Part shown: one piece after another, positions 24,716-37,239 of the stretch
Numbering within the stretch: position 1 is the first letter of the stretch
Layout: the number at the start of each line of letters is the position of its first letter
NCBI GenBank assembly: GCA_964016885.1
Contig: OZ024744.1
Location: 61,442,001 to 61,506,000, forward strand
Origin: Eledone cirrhosa
Taxonomy: Eukaryota
Length of the DNA: 64,000 nucleotides
Reading direction: 5' to 3'
Made by a program: the position numbers and the translations under genes
Notes under the pieces: model-generated
What the model was told of the DNA's origin: nothing
The model's input: only the letters and a program-made list of their open reading frames with translations
Databases searched by the model: none

Positions 24716-26455
24716 TATTAAAATAACAGATTAAAGTTTAAGCAAAGAATCGCTGCTTTCACCCTTAACGGGATCTTCTGAAACTAAAAAAGTCAATCTG
24801 TGAACGCAGAAGTGAATATTTCAAAAAACGTTGCAACTGAAGGAAGACAGGAAGACGATACTTTGGTTCGTGGAAACGTTCCCTGGAAAAGAACGAAAAA
24901 AAAAACGAAGATAATACATCATTATTTGGAGCGGTGAAAACAATTATGCGCAAAGACAAAACCATGTAAATGGTATAACTGAAGCCATAGACTAAAATTC
25001 TAACTAGGAAACAGAATGATTCTCTTCTTCAGAGTTAAGAATAAAATAAATAAAATACAGAGGTAATCGAAATTAAATATATACATACACGCATACACAT
25101 ACGTAAATACACAAGCATACGTGAAAACACTCGGCATGGATATGCAAATACATGCACGTACAAAAAAAAACAAAAAAAAAAACATCGCGCCCATACAGAA
25201 CCCACGCAACGCCTGTACCCGCACACATACGAATGTATACACCAAATACAATGATAAAATATATATAAAAATAAATATATATATATATGTGTGTGTGTGT
25301 GTGCGCGTGTATACATATATTTAAATGAAAAATAAATACGTATATAACGCGTGCACACACATACCTACATGTAAAACACGTATGTTCGCAGACGTACGTC
25401 AACCAAAACACAAAGTACACAAATACACACACCCTACATACGTACGAACCCGCATACTCACGCAGACACAAAACTCACATATACACATAACCAAATGCAC
25501 ATGTACCAGAATATATAATATATTATATACGCCATAACATATACAAGCAAATATACGTACGAGAAAGTATACGTACCTTCACAAAACATACAGGTAAAAT
25601 ATACTTACCTATACAAATAAGTAATGGTATAAACATAACATATACTTAGTTACCACATCAAGACGTAAAATATCCGCGTATAATTCGTACTATCCGTTAG
25701 GGTATAATGTGGGGCTGTAATACAGGAAAGTTTTGTGCAATTTATGTTTACAAGCCGAAAATGCCTCAGATTTGTTGTGTAAGATGTGGTCTTCGGCGCA
25801 GAGTATTTCCAGGGTCTCAGCGGCGCAGAGGTCACATGGTTTTATTTCCGTTATACGATCTAGCTTTAGCTAGGATCTCCCAGTGTTACTTATATTGGGC
25901 AATGAAAGGAAAAATCGAAGATAATACGTCATTATTTGGAGCGTTCAAAACAATTACACGCAAAGACAAAACCACGTTTATGGTATAATTGAAGTCGTAG
26001 ACTAATATTTGCGTGTAATTGTTCTCAATGCTCCACATAATGACGTATTTTCTTCGTTTTTTCCGTTCTTTGCCAGAGAACGTCTCCACGAACCAGCTAA
26101 TAGAATATTAGTCTACGACTTCATTTATACCATAAACCGTTCCAAATACTGACGTATTATCTTCGTTTTTTTCCGTTCTTTACCAGGGAACGTTTCCACG
26201 AACCAAAGTATCGTCTTCCTGTTTTCCTTCGGTTGCAAGATTTTTCGAAATAGTACTTTTGCGTTCACAGATTGATTTTTTTTTAGTTTCAGAAGATCCC
26301 GTTAAGGGTGAAAGCAGCGATTCTTTTCTTAAACTTTAATCTGTTATTTTAATAAATATTTGCTCTACGATTCTTATATATTTGATATATATTTATCCTT
26401 ATCGAGCCCTCTTTGGATTTTAGTCTTCAAATTTATTATTATTACTATATGTATA
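24716..26455 (-). mobile_element. Penelope-like element, family D, with GIY-YIG endonuclease C-terminal remnant and inverted pLTRs
   Basis: Minus strand ~25890-25725 reads WEILAKARSYNGNK/(frameshift)CDLCAAETLEIL...LHNKSEAFSACKHK, matching the W-I..A..Y..C-LC..E..I..LN..E..S-CRH pattern of PLE endonuclease ends. Arms ~24716-25000 and ~26100-26352 are inverted. Tail with GCTC..GAGC, then (TA)n. Confidence 0.8.
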
Positions 26456-26459
26456 TATA

Positions 26460-29400
26460 TGTACAGCCACCGGAAAAAACATCTGTGAAATATACAGCGC
26501 CATCTACCTGTTAGCTAGCTACCTCACTGTGAAACTAAACAACCCTTAGAAGCTACCAGAATAAACGACTACACAGCGGCTAAACATCAAACGATTATTT
26601 CTGTATAAATAGAGTGGTTCCAAACACTTCGCCAGTCGACATTTGGCAGTCAACTCGCGTACCGTTGTTCCTCGCCTCTGCCACGCTTTGTCACACACAC
26701 AAAGGCGCATGCATCTTTTCCAAGATAGATTTGGTGCGTGCATATAACCAGATACCTATGGAGCCTGCAGATATTCCGAAGACCGCAATCACAACACCGT
26801 TCGGTTTATTTGAATTCCTGCGAATGCCGTTCGGTCTGCGCAACGCTGCACAAACTTTTCAGCGGTTTATTGACACCGTGTTACGCGATCTACCCTTCGT
26901 ATACGCGTATATTGACGACGTGCTGGTAGCAAGTACTTCCGAGCAAGAACACGAGAAGCACTTAGATATCCTTTTCCAACGTTTGGCTGAGTACGGTATC
27001 ATCATAAACCCCAGCAACTGCCTTCTCGGCGTTCCTTCACTGTCCTGTCTCGGGCACATCATCGATAAAGACGGCATTCGTCCACTTCTTGAGAAAGTAA
27101 AAGCTATCCGCAGTTTTCCCGCACCTACATCACTTCGGAAACTGCGTGAATTCCTCGGTCTGGTGAATTTTTATAGGCGTTTTATCCCTCATTGTTCCGA
27201 CGCAGCCAGACTCCTCACGGACCTTCTTCGTAACCGGACTCGCAAAAACGAAAGATCACTCTAAACGAGGAAGAATTAACATCTTTTAACCGCCTGAAGG
27301 AAATGTTGGCAAACGCTTCCATGCTCGTTTTCCCCAGGTCTGGCGCTCCTCTTTCGCTGCTTGTGGACGCATCAGACACGGGGGTTGGAGGCGTTTTACA
27401 ACAACATGTCGACGGCGTGTGGCAACCCTTATCCTTCTTTTCTAAGCGGTTGCAACCTGCAAAAGCGAAATACAGTACATTTGGCCGCGAACTCTTGGCA
27501 ACCTATCTTTCGGTTAAGCATTTTCGGCACATGCTCGAAGGATCAGATTTCGTGATCTACACGGACCATAAACCATTAGTTTATGCGTTCCGTACCAAAC
27601 CTGATCGACATTCACCGAGAGAACTCCGACACCTGGATTTTGTCTCCCAATATTCAATTGATATTCGGCATATCAAGGGAACAGAAAACGTAGCAGCCAA
27701 CGCCCTGTCCCGAATCCAGCTGAACGCAATACATGTGCATTCAGGCATCGACCTTCAACAGATCGCAGCTGACCAAGAGACTGACGAAGATTCGCCATCC
27801 CTCAAGTTTCAGCAAGTTCCCACTCCTTCTTCCCCGGGACAAATTTGGTGCGACCTTTCTACCGGTCATGAACGACCGTACGTACCACAGATGCACCATC
27901 GACAAGTTTTTTCTGCTTTACACTGCTTGTCTCACCCGGGAATCCGGGCTACACAGAAACTCATCTCCGCTCGTTTTGTGTGGACTAACATTAACAAAGA
28001 CGTGCGCGACTGGTCCAGCAGCTGCATTGCCTGCCAGAAAGCCAAAGTCCACAGACACATCAAAACTCCACTCGGCACATTCGTGCAACCTGATGCACGT
28101 TTTCATCATGTGCATATCGACATCGTCGGACCTCTACCACCATCACAGAACTACACACACTTTCTCACCTGCGTAGATCGATTGTTTCGTTGGCCTGAGG
28201 CTTTTCCCATAAATGATACCTCAGCGGAAACAATCGCTAAAACTTTGGGTTTACACTGGGTATCACGTTATGGCGCCCCAGCGAAGATAACAACGGACAG
28301 AGGACGCCAATTTGACTCCCACCTCTTCAGGGGAACTGACCCGCCTGTTAGGATGTAAACACATCCGCACGACAGCTTATCACCCGCAAGCTAATGGTCT
28401 CGTAGAAAGATTCCATCGCCAATTGAAAGCCGCAATAAAAGCATATCCAGACAAGACCCACTGGTTTGAATACCTGCCACTCATCCTTCTGGGCATTCGA
28501 TCCACCGTTAAGGAGGAATTCGGACACACACCTGCAGAATTAGTGTACGGCACCACCCTGGTTCTACCTGGTCAGATGGTTGCTCCCATCTCTCCTCAGG
28601 ACGTTCCAGACCCAGGATCATACGTACACCGTCTTCGACAATATATGTCTCACCTTGCTCCTGCAAGCACGGCCACACATGTTCCTTCAGACATTAAAGA
28701 TTGGACACACGTTTTCGTTCGAAACGACACCATCTCAGCTCATCTTCGACCTCCATATTCTGGCCCTTACTGTGTTCTAAAAAAATATCCGAAATATTTT
28801 ATTCTCGATCTAGATGGTAAACAGAATTCTGTCAGCATGGACAGATTAAAAAAAGCCATCATGGATACTGTTACAGTCACTACACCAGAAACTCCAACAG
28901 ATTGCTGTCCCAGCAAGCCACCTGTTTCATCTCCAGTCACGAGAAGTTGACAACGCGTCCATTGGCCCGCCAAGTTGGCACAATATGTGAATTACCATTA
29001 ACCTCAAGTAAGTTTCTTCGTGCAAAACATTTCCATTTTCTTGTGTTTCCTATTTCCAGTTTCAAATACAATGAACTTTCTGCTTGAACAAATGCAATTT
29101 TTAGTGACCATGTGCTCATGTCACGAAGAACATTATTTATTATGAACATTATTTATTACAAACACTAGTTAAGAACAAACATTGTGTATATCATTGTGTA
29201 TAACATTTTTTTCTTCTCTCTCTTGTTTTGCAAAATTTTTTTTTTTTCTTGTTCTGTAACATTGATTGTACAATTGCCATAATTTTTATATACATACAAG
29301 GCATGTACATATTCTGTTTTTCATGCACACTACAAAACCACGTTTGTTTCACCTTTTGGTTCATACACGGAGCAATAGATATTTGTGTCCCTCTAACTCT

Positions 29401-30400
29401 TACACTACAAAATGTTTTCTCTTTGATCACGCATTTCACAAATCGCATCCTCAAAACATTGGCCTTCTTTTTTCACGTACACATTCACTCAATAGCTCGA
29501 GAATGCCTCGCTATTTTTTTTATCACATGCATTCGCTCAAGTCATATGCTGTGGAGCAAGCTGTTACCTTTAGGCAGCATGCTTACGGCCATTCAGTTCA
29601 CACATTACGGTTATCTTCACTGCCCAGTTAGACTTTTTGTCACGCAATTCACAGGCAGCTCAACCCAAATTGCAACAGGCTCATTCATCACGCCTGCATA
29701 AATCTGGTCAAAGTCATTTTATAGTTTATTTCTTTTTTCTCTTCCTGACACACACATCTTGCCATATCATCTCTACATCGACTCTGTCCTGTACTCGATG
29801 ATCACAAAATTTCACAACGTGCTGGACACTCCTGGGGCTATTGTCATGACAAATGCACCACTGGTTCATTACTATACAATATTTCGCTCTTTTGTTGTAC
29901 AAAAGAACTGGCAGGGGGCTAATGTACAGCCACCGGAAATAACATCTGTGAAATATACAGTGCCACCTACCTGTTAGCTAGCTACCTCACCGTGAAACAA
30001 AACAAGCCTTAGAATCTACCAGAATAAACGCCTACACAGCGGCTAAACATCAAACGATTATTTCTGTATAAATAGAGTGATTCCAAACACTTTCACCAGT
30101 CGACTCTTGGCAGAGTCAGCTAGCGTATCGTTGTTCCTCTCCTCTGCCACGCTTTGTCACTCACACACGCCTTGTACCTCTGTATCGTCGCTTCATGTGA
30201 AAATAAATAGCTGATCGAATTTACATCTGGCCTTGCTTCGTCCTTTCAACTTGTGCTTTCGCCTGTTCATCCTTACCGTATGTGACAACAGCTCTTTTAA
30301 GAGCTATCTTCAGATACGATCAGACCGTATGCGATAACAGTCTTTTAAGGGCTATTCTCGGATCTGATCAGAAGTAGTGACCAGACTGACTAACAGTTGA
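26460..30400 (+). mobile_element. Ty3/gypsy LTR retrotransposon with gag/protease deleted
   Basis: Partial 5' LTR TGTACAGCC.. at 26460-26700 is repeated at 29923; PPT GGCAGGGGG lies before the 3' LTR; pol order is RT-RH-IN. Confidence 0.95.
26701..28995 (+). pseudogene. pol: Gypsy pol (RT, RNase H, integrase) with frameshifts near 27260 and 28330
   Basis: [60 protein letters not shown] and PYSGPY motifs. Confidence 0.95.
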
Positions 30401-30453
30401 ATAATATATCTTATTCAACTGTTAACAAATGAAAAATACTCACATAATCAAAA

Positions 30454-30528
30454 TATATACTTTATTATATATATATTTCAAAGGTACTGTGATGTTTTTC
30501 AGTACGTCCTCATCAGACAAAATATATA
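30454..30528 (-). ncRNA. Minimal type I hammerhead (family E, inverted arm)
   Basis: Reverse complement of the plus-arm ribozyme, with loop III UAUAUAUA. Confidence 0.8.
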
Positions 30529-30631
30529 ATTTGATATATGACACCGCTACGGTCTTGATTATTCAATTCCAGTATTAACTTCCAATACCGGAATTGAATA
30601 ATCAAGACCGTAGCGGTGTCATATATCAAAT

Positions 30632-30705
30632 TATATATTTTGTCTGATGAGGACGTACTGAAAAAACAACACAGTACCTTTGAAATATATATAATAAAGT
30701 ATATA
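30632..30705 (+). ncRNA. Minimal type I hammerhead (family E)
   Basis: 12-bp stem I TATATATTTTGT/ATAAAGTATATA (2 GU pairs); CTGATGA 30644-50; stem II GTACTG/CAGTAC; GAAA 30682-85; loop TATATA; UA site after 30693. Confidence 0.85.
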
Positions 30706-31209
30706 TTTTGATTATGTGAGTATTTTTCATTTGTTAATATTTTGAATAATATTAAAAACTCCAGGAAAACTCACTGTTGAGTGCTTCTAATCTATTGTAA
30801 AGCTGTATTCGTTGAGTAATCAACGAACCATACTAATCTTTGGTTATATACATATAAATATTTGCTCTACAGTTCTTATATATTTGATATATATTTATCC
30901 TTATCGAGCCCTCTTTGGATTTTAGTCTTCAAATTTATTATTACTATATATATATATACACACGTCCTTCCCTAACCTTCTCATACTACTCATACGTGTA
31001 CCTCTCCTCTTCCCCCTCTCTCACTGAAGTATCTTCTCTTTCCTCTTCCATTGTAAAGATGTCCCCAGGGGTTCCATTATTGAAATCCAATTAGCCAGTC
31101 CTGTTTATGAATATTAGCTTAACATATGTGTAAACTTTCATCAGGTTCAGATCACTGGTGTAGGCGCCAACAGGTTATAAACAGATATGCAGACAGAAAT
31201 TGCCATTTA

Positions 31210-32525
31210 TTTAGCATACAGGTCGGTGTTCACCAGGGTTCTGTTCTTAGCCCTCTCCTGTTTATTATACTATTGCAGGCTAACAGAGGAGTTTAAGACC
31301 GGATGCCCATGGAACTCCTGTATGTGGATGATTTCACACTTATAGCTGAATCTATGGCAGAACTAGAGAAGAAATTCCAATCATGGAAGCAGAGACTAGA
31401 AAGAAAGGGTCTCAAAGTCAACCTGACAAAGACTAAAGTCCTCGTAATTAGACGAGAAAACAGAACCAAGATCTCCTCAGGAAAATGACCTTGTTCAGTA
31501 TGTAGGAAAGGTGTAAGTAAACAATGGGTACACAAGAGATGTAATGGGATCTCAGGAAGTTTAACTAAGAATGTAGGCTTCACATGTAGCAGCTGTGCTG
31601 GGACAGCAAGCAGCAAACAGCCACAGGAAACAAGCACCACCAAACTCTGGGAGGGCTCTGTAGAAACAGTAGACAGCTTTTGCTACCTAGGTGACGGAAT
31701 TAGCAGCGAAGGTGAGTTTTCTGAAAGTACAATAACTAGGGTAAGAATGGGATGGAAGAAGTTCAGGGAGCTACTGCCACTGCTAGCTGCAAAAGGCTTT
31801 CCTTCAAAATGAAAGGCAGACCGTATGATGTGTACATACGAACAGCAATGTTACATGGAAGTGAGACCTGGGCGCTGAAGGTGGAAGACTTACGTAGATT
31901 AGAGAGAAATGAAACGTGCATGTTCCAATGGATGTGTCATAGTAATATACGTGAATACAAAGCATAAATAAATTGAGAGAGAGAGACTGAGCATAAGAGG
32001 AATCAAATGGTGTGTGCAGGAGAGGAGGTTGCATTGATATGGACATGTGATGTGTATGAGGGATGACAGCTGCATAAAAAGGTGCAGAGCACTAAAAGTC
32101 GATGGAAACCATGGAATGGGGAGACCCAAGAAGACCTGGGATGAGGTGATATAAGCAGACCTTACCCAACTGCACCTCTCAAAGGTGATGACACTGGACC
32201 GTGACCTCTGACATTATGCAGTAATACAGAGTACCTGACTTCCCATGGGTACAAGCTGAAGCATATAGACAATATGAAGCATATAGACAATATGCCCCCA
32301 CCCTCTCCCACTGCAAGGTGGTCATGGAGGTGCAACGGAAAAATGCACCCACACTCGCTGTAAATGAGGTTGGTGTTAGGAAGGGCATCCAGCTGTAGAA
32401 ATCAAGCCAAAATCAGTTCCCGTCTGAGCAAGACAAGGTCAGCCGACTGGACACTGCCCACAACAGGACAACCCGTCTAACCCATGCTAGCATGGAAGAA
32501 TGGACATAAAATGGTGATGATGATA
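31210..32525 (+). mobile_element. 5'-truncated RTE LINE
   Basis: ELLYVDD and MLHGSETW motifs, 3' UTR and GAT tail. Confidence 0.92.
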
Positions 32526-33127
32526 GTATATATATATATATTCTTTATTGAGATGGTCACCCTCAAACACTCGTTCTCAGCGAGTCCTGTCAAAAGCAAC
32601 TGTCTCCAACTGATCCAGCTGAATCCCCAAGTGTGACCAGCAAAATACGTATCCATAGTACTGGAACTGTGTTCTCTCAATTCGGAGAAAATAGCAGCTC
32701 TACCTGGAGTGACCCTCTGATCTCTGAGCTACACTCTATCAAGTAATGCTACTCCAAAGACCCTTCTGAGGAATCCCATTTAGGCTGCTTGCATTCACAA
32801 TCATATTCTTTCAGTCATTACCCAAAATTCATGATCATAGGTAAGGGTTAAAACTAATTCTGAAATGAAAATAGTGAGTATGGCATTTACGCCTACCTCC
32901 CTTCTTTTGATTGCTGAATTCTGAAGCTGGTGCATTACTGCACCAGCTCCTGCATTTCTTGCACTTAATTCAGCCTCCTGACTTATCATCACTTGTGAAC
33001 ACAACCCGAGATACTTGAATTTCTCAACCTACTTCAGTAGAACTCCATTTACATGTAGAATGTACTGCACTGGCTGCCAATTAGGAACTCCCATGATTAG
33101 TGGTCGCCCCAGTCTCAGTACTGCAGA

Positions 33128-33188
<61 letters not shown>

Positions 33189-33384
33189 TTCATAGAAAAA
33201 TGAGAAAACTCATTACTAGAACAGCTGTTAAAACAGCTAAATGTTATCTATGACAGTGATGGGCAAAAATGCCTCAGAGGTCAGATACCAGTGACCAGCG
33301 GTTGACAGAGACAATCCATGAGGTGGGTAGCAGGAAGATGAAAAGATTGAAAGAGGAGGAGGACAGGAAGTGACTGGAAGAAGG

Positions 33385-33650
33385 AAATAATTGTTTCTAC
33401 TTTTTGGCACAAGGCCAGCAATTATCCCAGTGCATTACTGGTACTTTATTTTTTGGTCGACCCCGTAAGGATGAAAGGCAAAGTTAACCTCGGCGGGATT
33501 TGAACTCAGCGGGATTTGAGCTCAGTCCGAAGGAAATAATTGTTTCTACGTTTGGCACAAGGCCAGCAATTACCCAGTGCATTACTGGTACTTTATTTTA
33601 TCGACCCCGTAAGGATGAAAGGCAAAGTTAACCTCGGCGGGATTTGAAGG
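33385..33650 (-). mobile_element. Tandem SINE fragments separated by GAAGGAAATAAT duplications
   Basis: Two SINE bodies; the 12-mer occurs at ~33380, ~33528 and ~33646. Confidence 0.8.
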
Positions 33651-33675
33651 AAATAATGAAAGGCAATCTACAAGA

Positions 33676-33732
<57 letters not shown>

Positions 33733-34226
33733 CTTCACCCTCATCAGCTCTCAAACCAGCAAAATGGTTTTGCACAATTTATTTGAGAATACCATTTTAG
33801 AATTCTGGATTGTGTAACAAAAAAAATAAATCTTTCTGTTGGTATGATGTGAGTGTGATAAAACAAACACCACTGATAGGATAATAGAAGACACAGAAAA
33901 TAACAGGATAGTGGACCTCAAGCTGTGGTGTCTGTGCTAAATAGAAAACTAAACATAGATATGATAAAGTTAAATGAAAAACACTGTTGTCCCTGATTGA
34001 GACGAAGCGAGAGTGTATTTGAATTCATAGAAAAATGAGAAAACTCATTGCTAGAACAGCCTTTAAAACAGCTAAATTCTGTCAATAACAGTGATGGGCA
34101 AAAATGCCATTATTTTCTTTTCTTTGTCTTCTTTCTTCCTTCTGTGAAGGACAGATACCACCCACATGCTCCAACACCACACTCATGATCCGGTGCCTCC
34201 ATCCCCACTGCAAGCAGCATATAAAT

Positions 34227-34443
34227 GCACCATTTCAACAGTAAGATGCTCAGTGTCTTACTGGGGAGGCAATGGTAGGGGGCTGGGCTGGGTTACAGGC
34301 ATTGCACTGTCAATGAGGGTAGAGGCATGGAGGCAGCAAGGCAACCTTGAAGAAAGTGGATGGTGTCTGACTTGTAACCCAGCCCAGACCCCTACCATTG
34401 CCTCCCCAGTAAGACACTGAGCATCTTACTGTTGAAATGGTGC
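34227..34443. repeat. Near-perfect 71-bp inverted repeat
   Basis: 34227-34297 versus 34373-34443. Confidence 0.9.
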
Positions 34444-35311
34444 CATGACAAAAATACCCAGTCCACCCTGTAAGGTGGTAGTGCTGGTGTCATGAAGAAA
34501 AGCACACAGTTCACACTGTGTTGGTTTCATGATGAAAAGCATCTAGTCCACCCTGTAGGGTTGTAGCCATAATAAGATGCTCCCAGTTCATGCTGTAAAG
34601 TGGTTGGCATTAAAAAGGGCATGCAGCTGTAGAAACCAAGCCAAAACAAATTTCCTTAAGGACCACCAGATCGGGGTACTCTGTCAAACGCCTTCTCTAG
34701 ATCAACAAAAGCTAAGTATAGAGGCTTATTCTTAGCTAGGAACTTCTCTTGTAGTTGTCTCATCAAAAGATGACATCTGTGGTGCTCCTTCCTAAAACTA
34801 AACTGCATTTCATCTAATTTGACTCTTCCCATAATTAGTTGTGCTAGAACTCTTTCTGTTACTTTCATAACTTGGCTTATTAGTTTTATTCCTCTGTAGA
34901 TGTTCCTTGCTAGTACTTTAAATCTTGATAAGGAGACTGTGATAGTCTAGAAACGTTGATTAGATTATGGATTTAGGAACTTTGTTGTTTTAAATGAACT
35001 GCAAAGGACTCAAAGAAATATGAGGAAAACCTAAATACAGATTTGGGACAGAAATGTGGTCATCTTTGATAGCACATATAGCACATGTCTAAAAAAAAGC
35101 TGTACCCATATATATATGGATATGGATATGGATGTGTGTGTGTGTGTGTGTGTGTGTGTGCCCCGGATGTAAAAAAACTGGTTCAAAACATCCTGTTACA
35201 ATAATGCCAGTATGAAAAAGTGGATGTAAAAAACATGGTTATGATAATGATAATGTTGATGTATATTTATATATAGTTATATTTGATGATGATGATGATA
35301 TATATATATAT

Positions 35312-35645
35312 ATACAATATATTAATAAATGGAAACTATATTTATAAAACCATATTTATTTTATTATACATATTTCAAGGGCAACCAAGGCAAATTATGG
35401 TGCGCTTTCATCAGATAAAATACAGATTTGTTTTATAAATAAATATTGACATACCCGGAAAAAAAGACAACCTTAATTTGCCTTGGTTGCCCTTGAAATA
35501 TGTATAATAAAATAAATATGGTTTTATAAATATAGTTTCCATTTGTTAATATATTGTGTATTTACTCCACTAAATTGTTGAGTGCTTTATATCAGTTATA
35601 AAAATGTTTAAGCTTGTTGAATCCCAACAAATTAAATATAACCTC

Positions 35646-35650
<5 letters not shown>
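35312..35650 (+). mobile_element. Penelope-like inverted-pLTR element, family F
   Basis: Inverted arms ~35312-35397 and ~35474-35560; tail TTTACTCCACTAAATTGTTGAGTGC; flanked by (TA)n. Confidence 0.8.
35357..35422 (-). ncRNA. Minimal type I hammerhead (family F)
   Basis: UAUUUUAU-CUGAUGA-AAG..stem II..CUU-GAAA-UAUGUA-UA-AUAAAAUA; perfect 8-bp stem I. Confidence 0.85.
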
Positions 35651-35681
<31 letters not shown>

Positions 35682-35829
35682 GATAAACAGGCATACATAT
35701 GAGTGTTTACATATTCATGTGTATGTATTGTGTGTGTGCATATGAGTGTGTGTAACTATTTACCCCACTCCTTAATGTGGGATTGGATGGAGTGGCATCA
35801 TATTACTTCTACTATTATTATTATTATGT

Positions 35830-36580
35830 GGAATGGCATAATCAGTAGTGTCGAACACCATGCTTTGCAGCATAGAGTTACGGCCCTATACGTTCTGAGT
35901 TCAAATCCCGCCGAGGTTAGTATTACCTTACAAAGTCGATAAAATAAAGTACCAGTAATGCACTGGGATCGAATTAATCAACTCCCCCCACCCCCACTCA
36001 AATTGCTGGCTTTGTGCCTATAGTAGAAATCATTATTATTATTGTCATTATTAGGGTGGCAGATTGGCAGAATCAGTAGAGGGTCGGCCGCCATGCTTTG
36101 ACGCATAGAGTTACAGTCCTTGCCATTCTGAGTTCAAATCCCGCCGAGGTTAACTTTGCCTTTCATCCTTACGGGGTCGATAAAATAAAGTACCAGTAAT
36201 ACACTGGGTAATTGCTGGCCTTGTGCTAAAAGTAGAAACAATTAATATCCGCCGAGGTTAATTTTGCCTTTCATCCTTACAGGGTCGATAAAATAAAGTA
36301 CCAGTAATGCACTGGGTAATTGCTGGCCTTGTGCCAAAAGTAGAAACAATTATTGTCATTATTAGGGTGGCAGATTGGCAGAATCAGTAGAGTGTCGGAC
36401 AACATGCTTCGAGGCATAGATTTACAGTCCTTTACATTCTGAATTCAAATCCCGTCGAGGTTAGCTTTGCTTTTCATCCTCATGGGATCATTAAAATAAA
36501 GTACCAGTAATGTACTGGAGTCGATTAAATCGACTTTCCTCTCCCAAAAAATTGTTGGCCTTGTTCCTAAAGTAGAAACA
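35830..36580 (+). mobile_element. Head-to-tail cluster of about 4 tRNA-derived SINEs
   Basis: Repeated B-box, Meta-like core and TAGAAACAATTA tails. Confidence 0.85.
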
Positions 36581-36839
36581 ATTATTATTTTTGTTTTTGT
36601 TGTTGTTGCTATTGTTATTGTTATTTTACTTTCTAGCAGACAAGTCATGAGTCATTTTTCTTTTCCCCCCTCCAACTAAAGAAGAAGAAACAATGTTGAG
36701 GTAGACACCATCCCAGACTCTGAAAAATGAAACAAGCTGTCATAGAGACAGGCAGACTGACAGACTGACATATAGCTAGCTAACTAGCTGGTTAGATAGA
36801 CAGATAGACAAACAGGCAGAGTGGGAGAGATAACTGGAA

Positions 36840-36985
<146 letters not shown>

Positions 36986-37239
36986 CGATGCTTTTAAAAT
37001 GTTCTTTGAAAGATTATATATCTTTTTTTAGACAAAATCTGGGTTTAGATGAATAATGGATAACCTTTAAAATAATAATAATTATGATGTTGATGCTGCT
37101 GCTGGTGATGATGAGGTTGATGCTGATGATACTAGTAATAAAAATAAGATACTAACAACAACAATAGTAAACATTTCTTTATTAAATACTAAGGGTTAAC
37201 ATGAAGAACACTACACATGATGGCAAAGGATGAATCAAT

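Larger units (their letters stand above)
30422..30850 (+). mobile_element. Penelope-like inverted-pLTR element, family E
   Basis: Near-perfect ~150-bp inverted arms 30422-30570 and 30590-30737; tail ACTCC..TTGAGTGC. Confidence 0.85.

Noticed and set aside
29228-29701. Hydrophobic ORF after gypsy pol as a possible env
   Set aside because: TTG start, low-complexity T/C-rich sequence and no env hallmarks.
30278-30372. CUGAAGA plus hairpin on the minus strand of the gypsy LTR tandem duplication
   Set aside because: No GAAA/UH half follows, so it is not a hammerhead.
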